From the NCBI GenBank assembly GCA_002502685.1, contig DAQA01000013.1, positions 2,202 to 66,201 of the forward strand: a stretch of DNA of 64,000 nt, written 5' to 3'. Of the stretch, positions 30,462 through 39,438 are shown piece after piece. The notes under the pieces are model-generated. The model ran no database searches, had not been told where the DNA came from, and was given only the letters and a program-made list of their open reading frames with translations. Each line of letters starts with the position of its first letter. The first letter of the stretch is position 1. This DNA comes from Euryarchaeota archaeon UBA202. Its GTDB lineage: Archaea > Thermoplasmatota > E2 > UBA202. The translations under genes and the position numbers were made by a program.

Positions 30462-31321
30462 TTTTGTACCCTGAAAATAAGATCACCTACTTTAGCATCC
30501 ATATCTTGAGCCACCAACGGACATTTTACCAACAGCAAGAAAAAAATCTCTCGTTTCACATTATTTAATGATTCATAATTCCCCTGGCCCTTTGCAATAA
30601 CTAGATCATCATGGTTAAAATGCTCTAAAAACTCCTTGGATACAGTTGTTAGTAGTATACCGGGTGATGATTCAGTATGGCCAGCATCTGCAGAAATAAC
30701 TTTTGCCAAGCTGTCAATCCCTGCTTTTTTTGCATCGGTAATGGTTGCATCATTGAGTATGGGGTTTGCCTTTACCACATAGGTTATCTCTTTATTTCTT
30801 GGTGCAAACTCTTCTAGGAGTAATTTATCAAAGAATATTTCGCCTGCATTGTCAGCAAGGTAAAGAATAGTCTTGGCGTCATTTAGCACTTTTTTAAATC
30901 GTGGATATGCCGTATTTATGATTCTTTTTTTTAGGGAGTCATTAATCATGGTGTTAACATTAAATCTCATCACAGAACCAAAATCTATGGCATTTCCAAC
31001 AATGGCGAGTTTAATGGCGGTAAGAAGAGAATCGTTTGACGTGCGAATCATCTCTTTAAGCTGGGGATACAACTTCTCTGCCATGATATTTGATTGTTTC
31101 TTTACATTCTTGTAGGGATCATGACATTTGGTTATCTTGCGTACAATTGCATGCACCTTTTTTGATGCTACCGGCGGCGGATTGTCAAATGAGAGTGTTT
31201 GAAGATATCTTAAAACTTCTTTCATCACTTGGGTATGCACGGCTTCATCCATCGTTACCATACGTGTCGCCTCTAGCGACTGTCTGATAAAACAAGGTAT
31301 GCAATCAAGGTATGTTTTCAT
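30458..31321 (-). CDS. DUF89/ARMT1-like phosphatase (second paralogue)
   Basis: DCIPC, GNAIDFG, DNAGE, PILNDAT, KGQGNYE and KC. Confidence 0.9.
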   Translation of the reverse strand: MKTYLDCIPCFIRQSLEATRMVTMDEAVHTQVMKEVLRYLQTLSFDNPPPVASKKVHAIVRKITKCHDPYKNVKKQSNIMAEKLYPQLKEMIRTSNDSLLTAIKLAIVGNAIDFGSVMRFNVNTMINDSLKKRIINTAYPRFKKVLNDAKTILYLADNAGEIFFDKLLLEEFAPRNKEITYVVKANPILNDATITDAKKAGIDSLAKVISADAGHTESSPGILLTTVSKEFLEHFNHDDLVIAKGQGNYESLNNVKREIFFLLLVKCPLVAQDMDAKVGDLIFRVQK

Positions 31322-31354
31322 TTCATATATTTTTTTGACTTATTTATCCATTGA

Positions 31355-31729
31355 TTAATGATGACGATCTCTGAATTCATGTTTGCCACATGCACTATTT
31401 AGAGTTGCTTTTTGAAGCGTACCCTGTTGAAACATGGTTATTGCATCACGCACTGTTCCAGAAGCTCCAATATAAACCTCGATACCTAAATTTTCAAACA
31501 AACTGATGGCGCGTCTTCCTAATCCTTGGCAGATCATCGCATTCACTCCTTCTTTTGCCATAATTTCGGGCGGGTCTCCCTGTCCTCCCATATGATGGCT
31601 CGTATTGGGAATGACCGTTACATCATCGGTTTCAAGATCAACAATAGTATAGGTAGGAACTCTTCCAAAATGTTCACCTACGCTATCATCTAAACCCTGT
31701 TGATCTATTGTAGGTATACATACTTTCAT
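31355..31729 (-). CDS. NifB/NifX-family (COG1433) metal-cofactor-binding protein
   Basis: HFGR motif, GLGRRA and C-terminal Cys/His tail. Confidence 0.88.
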   Translation of the reverse strand: MKVCIPTIDQQGLDDSVGEHFGRVPTYTIVDLETDDVTVIPNTSHHMGGQGDPPEIMAKEGVNAMICQGLGRRAISLFENLGIEVYIGASGTVRDAITMFQQGTLQKATLNSACGKHEFRDRHH

Positions 31730-32124
31730 TGACGTTTCCCTCCGTTTACTGCTTTTTTGTCATCTCTTCCAAAGTGACTATCCACCGTGGCACTCTCAGT
31801 TTTTTTAAGATTATCAGCTTTATATTGTTCAACAGCATCTTTTACCCTACCGCTTACGCCAGTAATCACTTCTATATTTGCTGCTTTCAATGTTTGAAAA
31901 GCATTTGGTCCAATATTTCCCGTAATTATACACTTGGCTTTTTGTTGTGCTACCCTTTGGGCAGCTTGGATTCCTGCCCCCCCCATTGCCAAGGCACTCT
32001 CATTTGATATTGCTTCTACATTCATGTCATCCGTATTGATAAACAAAAAATAGGCGCATCTTCCAAATCGAGGATCTATTTGTGCATCCAGATTTTTTCC
32101 TGTTGATGTTATACATATTTTCAT
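31726..32124 (-). CDS. NifB/NifX-family (COG1433) protein
   Basis: DPRFGRC, GGAGIQAAQ, GNIGPNAF and SHFG. Confidence 0.9.
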   Translation of the reverse strand: MKICITSTGKNLDAQIDPRFGRCAYFLFINTDDMNVEAISNESALAMGGAGIQAAQRVAQQKAKCIITGNIGPNAFQTLKAANIEVITGVSGRVKDAVEQYKADNLKKTESATVDSHFGRDDKKAVNGGKRQ

Positions 32125-32168
32125 TTCATTCACCTTTGTTATGTTCCCCCACTTTTTTTTTATTTTTT

Positions 32169-32369
32169 TTATGCTCTTGTCATGGGTGCTCCGCATTTGG
32201 GACATTTTCTGTTATAGCATGGCTCACTAAGTCTATGAGGCTCTTTATGTCCACAGTTGGAACACAGGCATTCGCCACCAGGACCCATACCTACTCCCCC
32301 GCCCATGCCTCCTCTTCTTCCTCTGCCTCCGCCTAATCCTTTACTTCTTTCCTGCATCATATATTTCAC
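32169..32369 (-). CDS. Small Gly/Arg-rich, Cys-rich metal-binding protein
   Basis: GGGRGRRGG...GPGGECLCSNCGH...PC...CPKCGAPM. Confidence 0.75.
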   Translation of the reverse strand: MKYMMQERSKGLGGGRGRRGGMGGGVGMGPGGECLCSNCGHKEPHRLSEPCYNRKCPKCGAPMTRA

Positions 32370-33184
32370 TTCCCTTTTTTATTCACGTTTTTTTCAATCT
32401 TTTCCACTATTTTGGTAAATGCATTCGCTGCATCTGATGTAGCATTCTTTATAATAAATGGTTCACCCGAGTCACCTGTATCTACAATTTTTGGGTCGAG
32501 AGGGACTTTTCCTAGGTACGGCACCTGAAGATCCCTAGATGCCTTCAGCCCGCCACCGCTTTTAAAGATATCAACAGACTTGCCACAATGGGGGCAGGTA
32601 AACCCACTCATATTTTCAATAATCCCCAGAACAGGGATATTCATCTTCTTGACAAAATTGATAGATTTACGGACACTTACCAATGCCACATCTTGCGGAG
32701 TTGTTACTATTATTGCCCCATCGCACTGGGGAATAAGCTGTGCAACGGTTAATGGCTCATCGCCTGTACCTGGAGGGAGATCAACAATTAGATAATCAAT
32801 AGCACCCCAGTTTACATCACCAATAAATTGTTTCATTGCCCCCATCTTCAAGGGGCCACGCCAAATAACAGGTGCATCTCTTTCTGATAATAGAAAGCCT
32901 ATCGACATGACCGTCAAATTCGGGGACACGACAATAGGATTAAAACCCTTCTCGGAAGCCGTGATTTTTTTATCTTCCAGACCTAGTATTTTGGGGATAC
33001 TTGGTCCGTGAAAATCACTGTCTAACAGTCCAACCTTATTCCCTTTTTCAGAGAGTGCAAATGCAAGGTTGGCAGACACTGTACTTTTTCCAACGCCTCC
33101 CTTTCCACTTAATACCATAATCGTATGCTTTATATGGCTCAGGGTTTGAGTAATTTTAGTGTTGTCATATTCTTTTTTTTCCAT
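32366..33184 (-). CDS. Mrp/NBP35 (ApbC) iron-sulfur cluster carrier ATPase
   Basis: SGKGGVGKST, HGPSIP, VIWRGP, DLPPGTGDE, VTTPQ and ENMSGFTCPHCG. Confidence 0.95.
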   Translation of the reverse strand: MEKKEYDNTKITQTLSHIKHTIMVLSGKGGVGKSTVSANLAFALSEKGNKVGLLDSDFHGPSIPKILGLEDKKITASEKGFNPIVVSPNLTVMSIGFLLSERDAPVIWRGPLKMGAMKQFIGDVNWGAIDYLIVDLPPGTGDEPLTVAQLIPQCDGAIIVTTPQDVALVSVRKSINFVKKMNIPVLGIIENMSGFTCPHCGKSVDIFKSGGGLKASRDLQVPYLGKVPLDPKIVDTGDSGEPFIIKNATSDAANAFTKIVEKIEKNVNKKGK

Positions 33185-33263
33185 AGTTACCTCTCATGGC
33201 ATTATGGCATGGCTTCAGCTATATATTTGTTATTCTATTAAAAAATTGGGGGGAAAAGAAAAA

Positions 33264-33293
33264 GAGCTTGTTTATAGGTGTGTTAACAAGCTC
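33264..33293 (-). terminator. Hairpin followed by a T-rich run downstream of the DUF5320 gene
   Basis: GAGCTTGTT (33264-72) pairs with AACAAGCTC (33285-93); TTTTTCTTTT follows on the minus strand. Confidence 0.5.
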
Positions 33294-33297
33294 CTTT

Positions 33298-33651
33298 TTA
33301 CTTTTCTTTGGAGAGTTCTTGGAGTCTGTCTTGTACAGCTTTGACCTCGTTTTCTAGGTCCTTGACCATATTTTTTAGGTAGGTTTTCTCATCCTCTTCA
33401 CTAGGCTCTGGATATATTCCGGGGTAATATGGTGCAGGGTCATAGGATGGATACATACTTCTCCACCAGAATCCTCTGCCACGTCCTAAACCTCTGCCCC
33501 ATCCTCTGCCAAATCCGCGTCCAAAACCAAATCCTCTTCCTCGGGGGAATCCTTTGGTATAACCGGGGTTATTATATCCTGCACAGTATCCAAGGGCTCT
33601 CCCTGTCATGGATCCACGACCTTCGGGTCCTGTTCTATCTCCACCTGGCAT
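33298..33651 (-). CDS. DUF5320-family protein
   Basis: MPGGDRTGPEGRGSMTGRALGYCAG, GRG[FW] repeats and a C-terminal coiled coil. Confidence 0.88.
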   Translation of the reverse strand: MPGGDRTGPEGRGSMTGRALGYCAGYNNPGYTKGFPRGRGFGFGRGFGRGWGRGLGRGRGFWWRSMYPSYDPAPYYPGIYPEPSEEDEKTYLKNMVKDLENEVKAVQDRLQELSKEK

Positions 33652-33655
33652 ATTC

Positions 33656-33928
33656 TTATTTCACCTCTTTACTTTCTTTTTTTATTTCTTCAATTCTTTT
33701 TTCTATTTTGTCTAGGTCACTTTTAATGAACTGTTTTTCCCGTTCTAGAATATGGAGCTCGTCCTCGGGATGTATCCTGGGATAAGGCATGAATTCCATT
33801 GGCGGATAGTCCATTGGTGGGTATCCAAATGGTGCCCATCCGGGTATTTTGGGTGCGTGATAGCGGTACCACTGTCTGTATCCTGCATTTTTTTTCGTCT
33901 CTGATTTACTGTTTTTATTAGTCATCAT
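33656..33928 (-). CDS. Small Pro/Tyr-rich coiled-coil protein (DUF5320-like C-terminus)
   Basis: PGWAPFGYPP...PEDELHILE...LDKIEKRIEEI; co-oriented, 4 nt from the DUF5320 gene. Confidence 0.7.
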   Translation of the reverse strand: MMTNKNSKSETKKNAGYRQWYRYHAPKIPGWAPFGYPPMDYPPMEFMPYPRIHPEDELHILEREKQFIKSDLDKIEKRIEEIKKESKEVK

Positions 33929-34003
33929 TTTTATTACGTATATATTATTATCTATATAAAGTTTTTTGTTAAATTTTTAATAATTAATCGCATATATATC
34001 ATT

Positions 34004-34315
34004 ATGCCGAGATATCGACGTGGTAGGGGCAGGTGTCCCAGGTGGGTGGCAAGATTACCCTATGCGGATTTTTTTAAACCTGCGGGTATTCCCTTGATGA
34101 ATCTTGAGATCACAACTTTGTTGATGGAGGAGTTTGAGGCTCTCCGTTTGGTGGACTCGGAGGGCTTGGAGCAGAGTGAGGCGGCGCGTCGTATGGGTGT
34201 GTCAACAAAGACGTTTTGGAATGACTTGAAATCGGCACGGAAAAAAATAGCTGATGCGTTGGCATATGGGCAAGGAATACAAATTCAAGGAGGGAGTTAT
34301 AGGATCCAAGAATGA
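34004..34315 (+). CDS. DUF134 predicted DNA-binding protein
   Basis: FKPAGIP, EEFEALRLVD, Q..AA..MGVS..TF...ARKKIADAL; divergent from the island. Confidence 0.9.
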   Translation: MPRYRRGRGRCPRWVARLPYADFFKPAGIPLMNLEITTLLMEEFEALRLVDSEGLEQSEAARRMGVSTKTFWNDLKSARKKIADALAYGQGIQIQGGSYRIQE

Positions 34316-34567
34316 TGATCCTCTCAAGGAAATTAGTGGGTCCTGATAAGGTATAGGTAATAAAGAAGGTGGAACCGCATGTGTGTGGTTTAATTTTTTT
34401 TTTATGGCGTTGTTATTGTCATCTAATCATGGTTATCAACTGTTCTTTGGAGAGAATAGCCGGGTTTACCGGGTAGGGCGTATTGCTACTGCATAGGAAA
34501 AAGTTACTTAGGAAAATTAAGACATAATGAGGGGATAAGGATGATGAGGTTATCTTTTTTTTATTGT

Positions 34568-34906
34568 CTAATTTTTTATGTCTTTTTTTATGCTTTGGAT
34601 ATTCCTCTGTGATATAACCACCATTGCTACCCAGACAAATAGGATGGCGATAGTCATGGTTACGCCAATTGTTGCCATCTCTTGTAACATAACAGGGATT
34701 TCTGCAGGATTCTGCATGGCGGTCAAGAATGGTGGATAAAGCACAACTTCTTGATGTGCTATATGTTCAACAGCAAGCATTATGACGCCTCCCCACAACA
34801 TCACGTTTAACCATACGATTTTCAATCTTTCAGGTATTTTTTTCCTGAATAGTGTTGTTACGATCGCAAGACTCATTGGAGCTATAAAGCATGCCATTTT
34901 ATTCAC
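34568..34906 (-). CDS. Small membrane protein (MLWG..VEH motif)
   Basis: About three hydrophobic segments; overlaps the upstream paralogue. Confidence 0.75.
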   Translation of the reverse strand: MNKMACFIAPMSLAIVTTLFRKKIPERLKIVWLNVMLWGGVIMLAVEHIAHQEVVLYPPFLTAMQNPAEIPVMLQEMATIGVTMTIAILFVWVAMVVISQRNIQSIKKDIKN

Positions 34907-35192
34907 CTCTTACAATTTTTTCTTTTGGACGAGAAATTATCAAGATAATCTCCCAGATTATTAAAATCGGTATGATCATGGCAATTCCTAAAAGTGTTCC
35001 ATTGGTTATTAGTCCATCGGTTTGTACCTCAAGGAATTCTCCACCGTCATAGCCGAGAACATGATCCACCATGATCATAATTGAAGTTCCCCAAAGCATC
35101 AAACTTAAAAAATCCAGTTTATAGATCTTGGGTTTTATATACCAAATGGCAGTCACCGCGATTGCTGCGATTACTGTTGTTACAAGCCACAT
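34899..35192 (-). CDS. Small membrane protein (MLWG..VDH motif)
   Basis: About three hydrophobic segments; shares its motif with the downstream gene. Confidence 0.75.
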   Translation of the reverse strand: MWLVTTVIAAIAVTAIWYIKPKIYKLDFLSLMLWGTSIMIMVDHVLGYDGGEFLEVQTDGLITNGTLLGIAMIIPILIIWEIILIISRPKEKIVRGE

Positions 35193-35559
35193 ATCATTCT
35201 TTCCATACCAATTTTTTTAAACACTTCGAATAGTCATTTCTTATTTAAAAATTTTGGGTAAAAACGAATAAAAAGCATATGGCCAATCATTGGCAAAAGG
35301 AAAACAAAACAAGTTTACTAAAAAATTTTGCAGTACGGTATTAATTGACTAAACACCCATTACCATCAAGGTAGATCTAGGTCTGTTTTTTTTTTCTTTG
35401 GAAAAAAAGTTTTTTGAATCAGGTTGATCCCTAGTCATTTTTTTTCGATTGTTTCGATTCACCAATCTGTACGGGAAAAATTCTTAAAACGGGAAATTAT
35501 TTTTCATTAAAGCACAACAATAAGGATTTATGGTGTAATGGCTTCATTACCATACAGCT

Positions 35560-36031
35560 AGGCTGTCTTTTTTTGTAATAGTTTTAAATGTTCCAGTATA
35601 TCTTTTGCATGGCCTGCAACTGTAACCTTAGGCCAGATATGTGCAATTCTACCTGTTGGATCAATAAGAAATGTGGTGCGAACTGCGCCCCAGAATTCGC
35701 GTCCAAACATTTTTTTTTGGCTTCCAAACCTCATAGGCTGTCATTACCTCGTGTTTGCTGTCGCTCAATAAAGTAATGCTGAGGTCCTTTTTTCGGTAAA
35801 CGAACAATGGCTTTCAGGGCTGTCCGGGCTTATGCCAAGTATCACAGCATTGTGTTGTTCAAAGCTCTTCTTATCCCGTGTAAACTGGATTGCTTCAAGG
35901 GAACAACCAGGTGTGTTATCCTTTGGATAGAAATATAATACCACCCATTTCTCCCTAAATTCTGTAAGACAGACATCATGATTGTCTTTATCGGGTAGAC
36001 AAAATTCAAACGCTTTTTCTCCAACCTTCAT
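35560..36031 (-). pseudogene. bcp: Peroxiredoxin BCP/PrxQ with two homopolymer frameshifts; 3' end approximate
   Basis: YFYPKDNTPGC N-terminus. The middle (DLSITLLSD..YEVWKP) is in another frame, and the C-terminus (MFGREFWGAVRTTFLIDP..WPKV..GHA) returns to the original frame. Indels fall in T-runs at 35788-93 and 35710-18. Confidence 0.8.
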
Positions 36032-36224
36032 TCAAATCACCATCATTGTTTCTATCTGAATAAGTCCGTTCTTTATATGTTTTTACCAGGCTTTATTCTA
36101 GTGGGAAAAAAAGTTTCAAGTACAGTCATGAAGACATTTTTGAAAATGAATCCAAGATTAAAAAAAAAACTGCTGCATAAAGAGTGATATATAAATGATT
36201 TGTTGATGTTACTTGGCAATCGAT

Positions 36225-36797
36225 ATGGCAAAGCGGGTCAGGATTCATGATTTGGAAGTGGAATACAAGGTAATCCATCGTGATATACGGTGTCCCAGAC
36301 TTGAATTTAAAACTGGTGGACTACAAGTTATTCTTCCTAGGGATTATGGGGATTCTGAAGAGTTGATTGATAGGCACAGGAAATGGATTTATAGGACAGC
36401 TACAGTGATACATGATGCATTAAAGCAGTCTTCCAAGAGGAAGCTAAATCTAGAGAGGACAGATGAAGAATTTAAGGGATTGGTATCCTCCTATGTGAAT
36501 GTTTTCTCAGGGAAATTAGGGGTGTATCTCAATAAAATCACTTTTCGGAGAATGAAGTCTAGATGGGGGAGTTGCTCAAGTTACAAGAAGAATATAACCC
36601 TCAATACGCACCTACGGTATTTACCAGACCACATCATTGGATACGTGGTTCTCCATGAGTTAACCCATCTTTTCGAGAAGGGGCATAATAAGGGGTTCTG
36701 GCAGAGAATTTCAAAGGTATATCCAGATTACAGGGATATTAAGAAGGAACTCTTAGCGTACTGGTATCTACTCCATGATAATGGACTGCTGGAGTAA
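36225..36797 (+). CDS. YgjP/DUF45-type zinc metallohydrolase
   Basis: MKSRWGSCS, YVVLHELTHL...H..GFW. Confidence 0.88.
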   Translation: MAKRVRIHDLEVEYKVIHRDIRCPRLEFKTGGLQVILPRDYGDSEELIDRHRKWIYRTATVIHDALKQSSKRKLNLERTDEEFKGLVSSYVNVFSGKLGVYLNKITFRRMKSRWGSCSSYKKNITLNTHLRYLPDHIIGYVVLHELTHLFEKGHNKGFWQRISKVYPDYRDIKKELLAYWYLLHDNGLLE

Positions 36798-36988
36798 AAA
36801 ATATTTTCAAAACCGTTACTACGTTAATAGGCACCTTAGCAGTTTATATCAAAAAAAAATTTCAACATCCTATAATGTTTCTAATTTGTAACGAATTACG
36901 ATACTAAATATAATCCAAAAAAGAGATAGTTTTAACGATTTTGCCTCTAATAAGTGTAAAATGATTAATGTAATGATTTCCATTTAAC

Positions 36989-37040
36989 AAAACCCACCCA
37001 AAATGGAGGGTTTTATTCCACTAGATATATAAAACGATGG
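36989..37040 (+). promoter_or_regulatory. Second copy of the palindrome plus TATATAAAACGATGG promoter module
   Basis: AAAACCCACC-N6-GGAGGGTTTT, then 11 bp, then a 15-mer identical to the one upstream of OPT. Confidence 0.65.
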
Positions 37041-37438
37041 TTTAACCAGTAAAATCGTCTCCCAAATCGGTGTTTTAAGAACCGAATTGAAAAAGTGCGT
37101 ATTTCCTAAATAATATAATTGGGCTTGATGAAAATTAAAAATCATATGCAAAAGGGAAATAAGGTGGTCTGAATTAGAATATTATATATTATTGATTTGA
37201 AGAGGGTTTAGGATAAGTTTGGGGTAATGTAGATATAAAGATAAGAAAAATACTAAACTAGTTTTTTTTAATATCATTTCATGATTTTTATAGGGGATGT
37301 GGCTATTAGGGTTAATCCCACAATAGCAATCGTTATTATCCCCCTTCCTGCGATAAAAAATATTGCAGGGACAGCCAGATAGATGAATGGAGAGTTTCAT
37401 TCAAAACTTTTATGTACCAAATAGTAATACCCAATCAA

Positions 37439-37984
37439 ATGTATGAAGTAAGATTCCATGGGCGTGGGGGACAAGGAGCTGTTACTGCCGCGCGTCTGTT
37501 GGCAGATGCTGCTTTTCGTGAAGGAAAAGAAGTGCAGTCATTTCCCATTTTTGGTGTTGAACGCCGGGGGGCACCTGTGGCTGCATTTACCCGGATAGAT
37601 GATAAACCAATCGACATAAAAACACAGATCTATGAACCAGATGTAGTTATTGCGCTTGATTCAACTCTTATCGGTGTGATAGATGTAGCGGACGGATTGA
37701 AAGATAATGGAAAAATAGTGATAAACTCTAAAAAAAAACCAGCTGATTTTAAGTTTGGGGATACACGGGTCTATACCCTTGATGCAACGGAAATCGCCAC
37801 CAAACATGGCTTGGGAACAAAAACTAATCCAATCATAAATACCGCTATTCTGGGTGCTTATGCAAAGGTTATTGGCAATATTGGTATGGCTGCTATTGAA
37901 CAATCTATTGAAAATAATGTCCCTATAAAAAAAGAGGAAAATAAAAATGCGGCACGGGAAGCATATCAGGTTATGGAGGCATAA
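37439..37984 (+). CDS. porG: Pyruvate/2-ketoisovalerate:ferredoxin oxidoreductase gamma subunit
   Basis: EVRFHGRGGQGAVTA, FGVERRGAPV and NTAILGA. Confidence 0.92.
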   Translation: MYEVRFHGRGGQGAVTAARLLADAAFREGKEVQSFPIFGVERRGAPVAAFTRIDDKPIDIKTQIYEPDVVIALDSTLIGVIDVADGLKDNGKIVINSKKKPADFKFGDTRVYTLDATEIATKHGLGTKTNPIINTAILGAYAKVIGNIGMAAIEQSIENNVPIKKEENKNAAREAYQVMEA

Positions 37985-38245
37985 ATGAAAATTACCATAG
38001 GAGCTATTAATGACAAACCGGGTTCATCAAAAAATTATAAGACAGGAAGCTGGCGTACACTTAAACCGGTTATTAATCTTGAGAAATGTAAAAAATGTTG
38101 GTTGTGCAAGCAACTCTGTCCCGAAGGATGTATAACAAAAAAAGAAGAGGGACCCCAGATCAACTATGATTACTGTAAGGGATGCGGTATCTGTGCTCAT
38201 GAATGCACCTTTGATGCCATAATAATGGAGCTTGAAGAGAGGTAA
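37985..38245 (+). CDS. porD: 2-oxoacid:ferredoxin oxidoreductase delta subunit
   Basis: KTGSWR, two 4Fe-4S motifs, YDYCKGCGIC. Confidence 0.92.
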   Translation: MKITIGAINDKPGSSKNYKTGSWRTLKPVINLEKCKKCWLCKQLCPEGCITKKEEGPQINYDYCKGCGICAHECTFDAIIMELEER

Positions 38246-38249
38246 TGAG

Positions 38250-39428
38250 ATGACAAAAATGACTATTATGGGAAATATGGCTACGGCGCTGGGCGCGAAA
38301 CTATGCCGCCCCCATGTTATACCGGCCTATCCTATTACGCCATCGACACTTTTCCCTGAAAAAATATCGGAATTTATTGCCAATGGCGAGATGGATGGAG
38401 AAATGATCCGAGTGGAATCAGAACATTCAGCCATGTCGGCAGCTATTGGCGCCTCGGCTACAGGGGCACGGGTCTGTACAGCTTCGGCAAGCCAAGGTAT
38501 TGCCCTTATGCATGAAATGCTTTTTATTGCCTCAGGTATGCGTCTTCCTATTGTTATGGCTGTGGGTAACCGGGCGTTGTCTGCACCCATTAATATTTGG
38601 TGTGATCATCAGGATACCATTTCTGAACGTGATGTGGGATGGCTTCAATTCTATGCTGAAAAAAATCAGGAGGGACTGGATTTAATGATTCTTGCTTTCA
38701 AGATCTGTGAAGATAAACGGGTGCTGTTACCGGGCATGGTGGGCATCGATGCATTTGTTTTGACACATACTGTTGAAGGCGTAGATGTACCTGACCAAAA
38801 ACTTGTTGATGATTTTCTTCCCCCCTATAAACCTGAGAAGTATCTTGATGCCCGTACCCCTATCACTTTTGGTTCCTTTGGTACACCTGAATTTTATCAG
38901 GAATTCAAATATGCCCAAGTGAAAGCCATGGAAGAATCAGAGAAAGTCATTGATGAGGCTTTTCGGGAATATAAAAAGGTTTTTGGGCGAACCTATCAAA
39001 AAATAACGCCGTATCGATGTGAGGATGCAGACATGGTCATATTGACTTTGGGATCGATGAGTGGTACAGCTCGTGCCGCAGTGGATATTCTGCGAGAGGA
39101 GGGAAAGAAAGCAGGATGCATAAAAATGACAGTGTACCGTCCTTTTCCAGGAAAGGAACTTATAGATGTATCAAAGAATGCCAAAGTCATTGCGGTTCTT
39201 GACCGGGATATCACACCAGGGCTTGGGGGAGCATTATACGCTGATGTTGCTGCTCAATTTGTCAATAGAACTGCACATCCCGTGATTTTGAACTATATTC
39301 TTGGATTAGGGGGACGCGATATTGTCATCAATGATTTCAAAGAAATTTATGATAAGTCCCATCAGGCCCTTGAGAAAGGGATACAGAATCCTGTTGAATG
39401 GATAAATCTGAATAAGGAGATATTGTGA
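38250..39428 (+). CDS. porA: 2-oxoacid:ferredoxin oxidoreductase alpha subunit
   Basis: AYPITP, VESEHSA, NRALSAPINIW and GLGGRD. Confidence 0.92.
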   Translation: MTKMTIMGNMATALGAKLCRPHVIPAYPITPSTLFPEKISEFIANGEMDGEMIRVESEHSAMSAAIGASATGARVCTASASQGIALMHEMLFIASGMRLPIVMAVGNRALSAPINIWCDHQDTISERDVGWLQFYAEKNQEGLDLMILAFKICEDKRVLLPGMVGIDAFVLTHTVEGVDVPDQKLVDDFLPPYKPEKYLDARTPITFGSFGTPEFYQEFKYAQVKAMEESEKVIDEAFREYKKVFGRTYQKITPYRCEDADMVILTLGSMSGTARAAVDILREEGKKAGCIKMTVYRPFPGKELIDVSKNAKVIAVLDRDITPGLGGALYADVAAQFVNRTAHPVILNYILGLGGRDIVINDFKEIYDKSHQALEKGIQNPVEWINLNKEIL

Positions 39429-39438
39429 GGAAATATAT

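Noticed and set aside
31355..32124. NifX-like genes as evidence of nitrogen fixation
   Set aside because: There is no nifH/D/K/E/N in the window, and COG1433 proteins are widespread in non-diazotrophs.
34312..34346. Possible C/D-box sRNA (ATGATGA...CTGA)
   Set aside because: Only 35 nt, no D'/C' boxes, and the C-like box is simply the DUF134 stop region.
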